Below, one piece after another: positions 16,860 to 24,297 of a DNA stretch of 27,280 nt. Both the position numbers and the translations under genes were made by a program. Positions within the stretch are counted from its first letter, which is position 1. Every line of letters begins with the position of its first letter. Source of the DNA: Candidatus Hodarchaeota archaeon. GTDB lineage: Archaea > Asgardarchaeota > Heimdallarchaeia > Hodarchaeales > Hodarchaeaceae. The stretch spans positions 1-27,280 of the forward strand of contig JAHQWW010000041.1 in assembly GCA_029856365.1 (NCBI GenBank), read 5' to 3'. The notes under the pieces were generated by a model. That model did no database searches, was not told the DNA's origin, and saw only the letters and a list, made by a program, of their open reading frames with translations.

Positions 16860-18425
16860 TTAAGATTGAACTTCAGAAGAAAAGACTATTTTTCCTCCAA
16901 CAATAGTATATTCTATCAGATTATCTTTTATCTGTGATGGGTCTATTTCTAGAGGAGACTTTGACATAATCACAAAATCTGCATATTTTCCTTCTGTTAT
17001 ACTACCCAATTTAGATTCCATGAATAGTGCTTGGGCGTTATTAATTGTATATGCTTGAATTGCCTCAATAATAGAAATTTTTACTTCGGTTGAGGGAAAA
17101 CTAATTGCCTGTTGTATTCCATATAAGGGAGAAAGGGGCATATTATCCGAACCAAAATAGACTTTCATTCCGTTTTGAAGGATTATGGCAAATCGATTTA
17201 ATTTCATAAAGCGTTCTTTTCCTAAACGATGTTCATAAAGTTCCCCTGGATATTCCCATTTAAGAAAATTAGGTTGCATAGAGAGAAGAATCCCTAATTT
17301 CTTAGCTTTCTGTATCTGATCATCAGTCACCATTTCAGCGTGTTCAATGCGATGTTGACGAAAGGAGGTATTTTTACCAGCTTCTTTAATTCCTTTCTCA
17401 TAACAATTAAGGAGTTTATCTATAGCTAGATCGCCAATCGCATGAATACATAGTGTATAATCATTTTCCTCGGCAAATACTATTTGGGATATGAGTTCCT
17501 CTTCAGCTATAAACTGGTCTCCATTTCCTTCTGCATTTTGATAGGGATAAGACAAGAGCGCCGTATTTGCTCCAAGGGCACCGTCAAAAAACCCCTTAAA
17601 ACCTGAAAATCGTACTTTAGAGGAACCCCAATTTTGTGAAAGCCCTAATCTCGCAAATTCGTCCAATAACTTGCGAGTTGGATTTAGAAAAATGCGGATC
17701 GGTAATTTTCCTACCATGTCAAGATTAAAATATGCTTGCATTATGTTTTTCTGACCCTCAGGTATAATTGTAAGATTATCTACTACAGCAGTTATACCTT
17801 TAGAAGCAGCGATAAAAGTAGATTTTTCTATGCTTTCTGGAATAAGATGCTTATAGTACTGTGAAAGATCTAACCAAACATCTTTCAAAACTCCCGTCGG
17901 TTTTCCAGAAGAATCTGTTTCAACGCCAGGATGAGATTTAGAAATTGGTAATTTCTCTAAGGCAAGTGAATTCACCACAACCAAATGTCCATCTTCTCTA
18001 TGTGTATATAAGGGGTTTCGAGGACTAATAGTATCTAATGCTTCTCGTGTTAGAAATTCTTTTCGATCATGCCATTTTGACTCATCCCAATTCGAAGCAA
18101 AAACCCATTCTCCTGGTTTTCTTGTTTTTACTTCAGTTTCTAAATTTTTTATCACGTCCTCATAAGTTTTGAAGGGACCAAGATCAATAGAAATAACATG
18201 TGCTTCTTTCCATAAGTGTGTGTGAAGGTCAATGAAACCTGGGATGATAACTTCTCCTCTGGCATCCCAAGAAGAAATCGCTTTCTCCAAGATTTGTGAT
18301 TTAAATTCTCCAACATAAACAAATTTATCGTCCTTAATTGCCAACATTTCAGCTGATTCTTTGTTTGGATCCATTGTGATAATATTAGTATTGTAGATTA
18401 CCCAATCATAATATATATCAGACAT
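16860..18425 (-). CDS. Amidohydrolase 3 family protein (YtcJ/NfdA-like)
   Basis: IPGFIDLHTH, DGHLVVVNS, K-x-F-x-DGALG, IHAIGD, RIEHAE, FGSD and GSITEGKYADFVI motifs. Confidence 0.92.
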   Translation of the reverse strand: MSDIYYDWVIYNTNIITMDPNKESAEMLAIKDDKFVYVGEFKSQILEKAISSWDARGEVIIPGFIDLHTHLWKEAHVISIDLGPFKTYEDVIKNLETEVKTRKPGEWVFASNWDESKWHDRKEFLTREALDTISPRNPLYTHREDGHLVVVNSLALEKLPISKSHPGVETDSSGKPTGVLKDVWLDLSQYYKHLIPESIEKSTFIAASKGITAVVDNLTIIPEGQKNIMQAYFNLDMVGKLPIRIFLNPTRKLLDEFARLGLSQNWGSSKVRFSGFKGFFDGALGANTALLSYPYQNAEGNGDQFIAEEELISQIVFAEENDYTLCIHAIGDLAIDKLLNCYEKGIKEAGKNTSFRQHRIEHAEMVTDDQIQKAKKLGILLSMQPNFLKWEYPGELYEHRLGKERFMKLNRFAIILQNGMKVYFGSDNMPLSPLYGIQQAISFPSTEVKISIIEAIQAYTINNAQALFMESKLGSITEGKYADFVIMSKSPLEIDPSQIKDNLIEYTIVGGKIVFSSEVQS

Positions 18426-18572
18426 TCGACCTCATTCTCCTTTTTTTAGGCGCTAAGAGTCATATTAAATGTGTTTTTCTTTTGACAAAGCTCAGATAAA
18501 TGGACCTTGAAAAGACAAACATAGGATAAAAATTCCTGCGTCAGATCTTAATCAAGGGGTGTGTACACACTC

Positions 18573-19619
18573 ATGATAGAACAAGCAATTGATGACCGAA
18601 TTGTCGAACTTGACATGGGACAAGGTGGGAAAAAGATGGATATCTTATTAAACTTCATTACAGGGCGAATTAAAATCAAGAAGATTCCAAAAGGAGTTGG
18701 TGTCGAGTCTTTTGATGATGGTGCAATCATTCCTTTTGATGTGACTTCTACTGACTTAGTTGTTACTACCGATTCTTACACAGTTTCTCCTCTTTTCTTT
18801 CGAGGGGGTAATATCGGGACATTAGCCGCAGCAGGCACAATTAATGATTTATTAATGATGGGAGCAAAACCTATCGCTATTACCTTAGCACTAATTATCA
18901 AAGAGGGATTCAAGTTTTCTAGCTTGGGAATAATTGTTGATACAATTTCCGAAATTACCTCTCAATATAGCATTGGTATTATTGCAGGTGACACAAAAGT
19001 TTTACCTCAAAATATTATGGTAGAAGCGGAAATATTCATTAACACTACAGGGATTGGAGTGATTCCAATAGGAAAACGAATTATGGATAGCTCTGTTCAC
19101 CCTGGTGACAAAATTATTGTTTCTGGTACTTTAGGAGATCATGGTTTTGCAATGCTAGTAAGTCGGGAAGGGATTGAACTTGAAACCAACCTTAGATCAG
19201 ATGTGGCACCTTTAAACACAATGATCTTACCTATTCTCGAATATCGTATTCATGCCATGAAAGATCCTACACGAGGAGGATTAACTTCAGTACTAGCAGA
19301 ATGGGCGGAAAAATCCTCCGTTTCTATTTGGATTGATGAAAGTCAAATACCTATTTCTGAAGAAGTTCGAATAGTGGCAGAAATCTTTGGTATAGATCCA
19401 TTGAATGTATCCTGTGAAGGAAAAGCCATCATTGCTGTCCATCCTGATGATGCTGAAGTGGTTCTTCAAATATTGAAATCTTCTCCCCTAGGTCAAAATG
19501 CTGCAATAATTGGTGAAGCACAAAAAGAAAGAAAAGGCCAAATATTCATGAAAACGACCATTGGTGGACATAGGATTCTTGACAAACCAGTGGGAGAACC
19601 CATTCCCCGGGTATGTTGA
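18573..19619 (+). CDS. hypE: Hydrogenase maturation carbamoyl dehydratase HypE
   Basis: TTDSYTVSPLFFRGGNIG, GTINDL, GDTKV, MKDPTRGG and C-terminal PRVC. ATG at 18573 follows an SD-like AGGGGGTG. Confidence 0.95.
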   Translation: MIEQAIDDRIVELDMGQGGKKMDILLNFITGRIKIKKIPKGVGVESFDDGAIIPFDVTSTDLVVTTDSYTVSPLFFRGGNIGTLAAAGTINDLLMMGAKPIAITLALIIKEGFKFSSLGIIVDTISEITSQYSIGIIAGDTKVLPQNIMVEAEIFINTTGIGVIPIGKRIMDSSVHPGDKIIVSGTLGDHGFAMLVSREGIELETNLRSDVAPLNTMILPILEYRIHAMKDPTRGGLTSVLAEWAEKSSVSIWIDESQIPISEEVRIVAEIFGIDPLNVSCEGKAIIAVHPDDAEVVLQILKSSPLGQNAAIIGEAQKERKGQIFMKTTIGGHRILDKPVGEPIPRVC

Positions 19620-19629
19620 CTAGCTCAAA

Positions 19630-19887
19630 TTATAGGCCAGATGTAGATGTCTTTTCTTTTTCCTCCAGTTTCCAAATCTCTTCCCACATTGCGAGTGTTT
19701 CCTTGGCTTCTTCTGGCTCCATTTTTGAAACAGCGTAACCAGTATGAATTAAAATCCAATCCCCCACACTAATCTTTTCAGGCATTAGTGCAATACTTAC
19801 TTCACGACAGACTCCTTTTCCGAAATCAGCTATAACAAGATTATCGTCAATATATTTCTTGACTTGAGCAGGAATTGCTAAGCACAT
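19630..19887 (-). CDS. hypC: Hydrogenase assembly chaperone HypC/HupF
   Basis: N-terminal MCLAIPA, VGDWILIHTGYA and EEAKETL motifs. Confidence 0.95.
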   Translation of the reverse strand: MCLAIPAQVKKYIDDNLVIADFGKGVCREVSIALMPEKISVGDWILIHTGYAVSKMEPEEAKETLAMWEEIWKLEEKEKTSTSGL

Positions 19888-19980
19888 CTTGAGCTATTAC
19901 ATCCGTTTATTTAATCAGGTGAATGTTCTTCTTTTTATGATTTAAATTTTATTGTTTGATATTTTTATGACAAAATCAAG

Positions 19981-20760
19981 CTATTCTTGAGGTGAATCAA
20001 GAACATTGAGAATTGTAGGGACATCAATTTGTTCAAAATCTATCTTTAATGATCGAAGTAATGCACCGAGTAGAATTCCTGCGTACATTGGCAAATTGAG
20101 AAATGTTATCCAATCAATTAACTCCCAGGTTGTAATATCTAAGGATAAATTACTTACTCCTTTGATCACCAACCACAAAAAGCAAGTAATAAAAGTAAAT
20201 CCTATGCAACATGTTCCTAAGAAGAATGTCAGTTGGGTTAATTCCAGAAGTTTAAGTTCTTCTCCTTCGAACTGGTCAAGTACGAGGTTGATTCGAACAA
20301 TCGCTTGAATAAAAATGTAGAGAAGAGAAACAATCGCCATTAAGTATACTATAAGCTCTATATTCAGAGTAATGGTTAATAGGTAAATATCTGGTTTAAT
20401 AGCAACAAGCGAGGCTGATCCAATGGCAGCACCAAAAATAGGTAATAAATATCGTTCGATTTCTCGTGAACGATTGAGAAATGCTGATAAATATGAGTTT
20501 CCAACCTCAAGAAAGAGTAACCAAACGACAATATTAGTGATCAGAAAAAATTGGAGCTGAACTGATTGGGGAAGAAGAACAGCTAAAAAAAGAAGAAAAA
20601 ATATTAATGTGCTACAAAAAAACGTTATCGCAATGTGAAGCATGGTATTTTCTTCTTTTTGTCTATAATTGCTAAAGAATACAACGAAATTAAGAAAAGA
20701 CAGACTAGCGTTAAGAAACAAGGGTATAGCTAATATAAAGATTTCTACCCAGCCAACCAT
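19981..20760 (-). CDS. Hypothetical seven-TM membrane protein
   Basis: Seven hydrophobic segments in 259 aa; strong SD GGAGGAGG; TAATG overlap with the upstream gene. Confidence 0.75.
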   Translation of the reverse strand: MVGWVEIFILAIPLFLNASLSFLNFVVFFSNYRQKEENTMLHIAITFFCSTLIFFLLFLAVLLPQSVQLQFFLITNIVVWLLFLEVGNSYLSAFLNRSREIERYLLPIFGAAIGSASLVAIKPDIYLLTITLNIELIVYLMAIVSLLYIFIQAIVRINLVLDQFEGEELKLLELTQLTFFLGTCCIGFTFITCFLWLVIKGVSNLSLDITTWELIDWITFLNLPMYAGILLGALLRSLKIDFEQIDVPTILNVLDSPQE

Positions 20761-20966
20761 TAATAATCCTCCTCCGTTTTTTCTTTATCGAGTCCTAACT
20801 CATGATATATCCTTGAAGCGTACTCTTTCGCCCATAATTCTGTTCTTTCCTCTAGAACTTTAGCAGCTAAGACACTAACTTTTAAGTTCAGAATTTTAGC
20901 ATTTTTTTCCAGAATTTCTCTAGTTTTATGATTGATTCGTATGGATAAAACTGTTGTTCGGGGCAT
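20760..20966 (-). CDS. Small ribbon-helix-helix (CopG-like) DNA-binding protein
   Basis: MPRTTVLSIRI beta strand, helix NHKTREILEKNAK, turn LNLKVS and helix VLAAKVLEE, matching the RHH pattern. Alternative start at 20981. Confidence 0.65.
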   Translation of the reverse strand: MPRTTVLSIRINHKTREILEKNAKILNLKVSVLAAKVLEERTELWAKEYASRIYHELGLDKEKTEEDY

Positions 20967-21085
20967 ATGGAAATCTCTCATTTATGACAAAAGTAAACGT
21001 TGTACACGAGGAGTTATCAAGTCATCTATTAAATTTCGGTATGGATTTTACTACTTTAATGACCTTAATAGGAGGCTTCTAACGT

Positions 21086-22045
21086 ATGACGGATCTTATT
21101 GTCAATGTAGAATCAGATAACAGTACATTAACGCCTTCCTTTACTAATCGTATTCTGATTTGGATTCTAGCTATCCGAGCACCCTTTTTTACAGCTTCAA
21201 TCGTTCCCCTTGTTCTTGGAATGGCGATCGCTTGGTATGATACACAAGTATTTGACCTCTTTTTAGGCTTCTTAACCCTTCTTGCAGGGATCGCTATTCA
21301 CGCTGGAACTAATTTAACAAATGATTATTTCGATCAACCCACAGATGATATAAATCAGAATTTTTCTCCTTTCAATGGGGGATCACGGATGATTCAGAAT
21401 GAGGTTTTATTACCCCGTCAGATTCTTCTTGCCTCAATTATTTGCTATTTGGTAGGTATTGTGACCGCTGTTTTTATCATCATAAACACTGGAGGAATCT
21501 TATTATTATTCTTCCTAGGAACCGCTGTATTATTGGGTTTATTTTATACAGCTCTTCCTTTTCGACTAAGTTATCATGGACTAGGAGAAATTGCTGTTTT
21601 TGTTGGTTTTGGACCATTAGGAGTGCTAAGTGCTTATTATATTCAATTAGGGGATATTAACTGGACGCTAACCTTGATAGCTTCTGTTCCAATTGCTTTT
21701 TTAATCGCAATGGTTCTTTTCATTAATGAATTTCAGGATATTGAAGCAGATCAGGAATCAGGAAAGAGAACGCTCGCCGTTGTATTGGGAAAGACCTTAG
21801 CAGTTAGAATCTACATAATAGGTATGATTCTTGCTTATGTTTTCCTTCTTATAGGAATAATTAGTGCCATTTTCCCTATTTTCCTTTTATTACCTTTTGT
21901 TACTATACCATTAGCAGCTAAAGCCATTCTAATAGCAAAAAGAAATTATAAGCTTATAGAAGAGTTACAACCTGCTAATGCTACGACAATCCTTACTCAT
22001 TTTACTTTCGGTATGATGATGGCTATAGCATTCTTTTTAGCATGA
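21086..22045 (+). CDS. menA: 1,4-dihydroxy-2-naphthoate polyprenyltransferase (UbiA family)
   Basis: IRAPFFTASIVP, NLTNDYFD, GGSR, YT..P.RLSYHGLGEIAVF and NEFQDIEADQESGKRTLAV motifs; SD AGGAGG. Confidence 0.9.
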   Translation: MTDLIVNVESDNSTLTPSFTNRILIWILAIRAPFFTASIVPLVLGMAIAWYDTQVFDLFLGFLTLLAGIAIHAGTNLTNDYFDQPTDDINQNFSPFNGGSRMIQNEVLLPRQILLASIICYLVGIVTAVFIIINTGGILLLFFLGTAVLLGLFYTALPFRLSYHGLGEIAVFVGFGPLGVLSAYYIQLGDINWTLTLIASVPIAFLIAMVLFINEFQDIEADQESGKRTLAVVLGKTLAVRIYIIGMILAYVFLLIGIISAIFPIFLLLPFVTIPLAAKAILIAKRNYKLIEELQPANATTILTHFTFGMMMAIAFFLA

Positions 22046-22053
22046 GTAATTCT

Positions 22054-23973
22054 TTACTCGAATAAATATCGAAGTGTTTTGTGTTCTATATGATCAGGAA
22101 ACTCAGGAACCTCCCAAGTAAGGATAGTTACCTCATCAGCTCTTTCAATCGTTGCATTTTTAGCTAGACCACTCTGAGCAAAGGATTTCAATAAGTGAAT
22201 TGCCGCTTGATTACCAATAATTAACTCAGTAACAAAGCGTGTAATACCTCGTTCAACAGCTCGTTTCGTAAGATACTCAAGGAAAAATCTCGCAAGTCCC
22301 TTGTTCCGATATTTTTCATGGACAAGCAAAGAAATCTCTGCAGTTTGATTATCATATAAGATGTAAAAATGACCTGTCCCGATTATCTGTTCAGTAGATA
22401 TTGGGCCTAGAAAAGCAGCTATCCCCATATCACGAGAAAAATCAATATTTGCTTCTTTTTGCGCTTTTTCATGGGGTAAGGCTCTAATTGCGCTAAAATA
22501 TCTTGAATATCTACTTTGATCGGACAGAGAATAAAAGAATGTTCTCAGTTTGTCTTCATCACTAGTTAAGATTGGTCTGATCCGAACTGTGGGTCCATTT
22601 TTTAATGTATAGTATTCTTGACAATCTAATGGGTGTAACATAATCTCTGGTGGATCGTTGTATATTTGATCTTGATAACAATAACCATATTCCTTTGCTT
22701 TTTCTAATAAACCTTTTCGGAATTTCGGATGCGCTAGTTCAATCATGGCAAGTACACGTTCTCTAAGAGTAGCACCATGAAGATAAGCAATCCCATATTC
22801 ACTAACTACATATTCAATATCTGCTCGTGTTATAGCAACACCTGCTCCAGGTGACAAATGTGACACGATTCTAGATTTTTGGCCATCATGTGATGTAGAA
22901 GGCAAGGCAATAATTACTTTACCACCTTCGGATCGAAGAGCTCCCCTGTGTAAATCCACAGCTCCCCCAATACCACTATAAAGATAATGTCCCAAGCTAT
23001 CAGCAGCAACTTGGCCTGTCAAATCGATTTCTAAAGCTGAGTTCATTGTAACCATTTTAGGGTTTTTAGCGATTACATCGGGATCCAAAACATAATCTGA
23101 AGAATAGAATTTGAATTTAGGGTTGTTATCAATCGTTTCATACAATCGTTGTGACCCTATGCAAAAAGCTGATATTGTTTCTCCTTTATGCAGAGTTTTC
23201 TTTGAATTTGTTACTACCCCAGATTCTATTAATTCTAAAACACTATCAGTAATCATCTCAGAATGGATACCTAGGTTTTCCCGACTTGAAAGGTATTTCA
23301 GAACAGCATTTGGCACGCTACCAATGCCAATTTGAAGTGTTGATCCATCCCCTATTAATGTAGCAACATTTCTAGCTACGCGCTCTATTTGGGGAGTGGT
23401 TCGAGGTGGAACCCATTCTTGTAATGGCGCACGATTTTCCACCATGAAATCAATCTCGGATGTGTGAATTAGACTGTCACCATGAGTCACAGGCATTTCA
23501 GGATTAATCTCTGCTATTACTAAACGAGCATTTTCCACGGCTGATTTAGTCACATCTACACTAATTCCTAGACTCACATACCCCGAATTATTTGGTATAG
23601 AAGTTTGAATTAATGCAACATCAACAGGGAGGAGGCGTTTCTCAAATAATTCTGGTATCTTTCTTGAAGATACAGGTGTATAATCAGCTCTTCCTGTTTT
23701 TACTGCTTCTCTAATATTAGCAGTAATAAAAAAACTATTGTATCGAAATCGTTTTGTGTACTGTTCTTTGACATATGGAGCTGATCCGAAAGAAATCACA
23801 TGATAAATTTCATTATCTTCTGTATGGATTTCCATATTAGAAAGATGGAGCAGCAATAATCGGGGTTGAGCACATCCAGTTCCAACGAAGATCCGATCCC
23901 CAGGTTTTATATGAGAAAGTGCGAAATCAGGGGAAGTTATTTTCGGTTCATCTGGTTCAATTGGTTGATACAG
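22054..23973 (-). CDS. Acetyl-CoA hydrolase/CoA-transferase fused to a C-terminal GNAT acetyltransferase
   Basis: DVALIQTS, SLGISVD, LQIGIG, HSEMITD and GIGGAVD motifs, then a Pat-type GNAT (VRIRPI...RYSRYF...AEISLLV...YRNKGLA). The frame stays open upstream of the track's 23856 start and encodes the conserved IKPGDRIFVGTGCAQP, so the start is probably CTG at 23973. Confidence 0.88.
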   Translation of the reverse strand: MYQPIEPDEPKITSPDFALSHIKPGDRIFVGTGCAQPRLLLLHLSNMEIHTEDNEIYHVISFGSAPYVKEQYTKRFRYNSFFITANIREAVKTGRADYTPVSSRKIPELFEKRLLPVDVALIQTSIPNNSGYVSLGISVDVTKSAVENARLVIAEINPEMPVTHGDSLIHTSEIDFMVENRAPLQEWVPPRTTPQIERVARNVATLIGDGSTLQIGIGSVPNAVLKYLSSRENLGIHSEMITDSVLELIESGVVTNSKKTLHKGETISAFCIGSQRLYETIDNNPKFKFYSSDYVLDPDVIAKNPKMVTMNSALEIDLTGQVAADSLGHYLYSGIGGAVDLHRGALRSEGGKVIIALPSTSHDGQKSRIVSHLSPGAGVAITRADIEYVVSEYGIAYLHGATLRERVLAMIELAHPKFRKGLLEKAKEYGYCYQDQIYNDPPEIMLHPLDCQEYYTLKNGPTVRIRPILTSDEDKLRTFFYSLSDQSRYSRYFSAIRALPHEKAQKEANIDFSRDMGIAAFLGPISTEQIIGTGHFYILYDNQTAEISLLVHEKYRNKGLARFFLEYLTKRAVERGITRFVTELIIGNQAAIHLLKSFAQSGLAKNATIERADEVTILTWEVPEFPDHIEHKTLRYLFE

Positions 23974-24084
23974 CTGATACCACCCTTTAGTAAGAGATTG
24001 ATTGGTTTTTAGTTAAAAAGTATCGCTAATTATTGGGGCAATTGAGACTATTAATTCATTCGTTCTAAATATGAAAGTGAGGAG

Positions 24085-24223
24085 TTTTAAATTCAACGCT
24101 CATAAACGGATATAATTCAATTATTTCATAACTACATCATTTTTAATTTCTCATTCTGAAGTCAGATACTTTTAACAATAGTTAATAGCAAACTCCTTTA
24201 TTCTGAGCGTTAGAGTTTTTAAG
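24085..24223. promoter_or_regulatory. Divergent promoter pair, each with TGAGCGTT just upstream of a TATA-like box
   Basis: Plus strand: TGAGCGTTagagTTTTTAAG (24204-24223). Minus strand: TGAGCGTTgaaTTTAAAA (24102-24085). Central palindrome TCTGA-AG-TCAGA (24155-24166). Confidence 0.45.
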
Positions 24224-24297
24224 CGAAGTTCAATAACTTTACAAAACCAATGATAAGAATTCTATGACTATTTCCAATGGAAAGAAAGTGATAAAGC

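Noticed and set aside
19981-20760. Rhodopsin or class A GPCR (ERY at aa 102-104, NLPMY at aa 222-226)
   Set aside because: TM7 has no retinal-binding Lys. ERY sits at the start of TM4 rather than the end of TM3, and NLPMY is neither NPxxY nor at the cytoplasmic end of TM7. These are likely chance matches.
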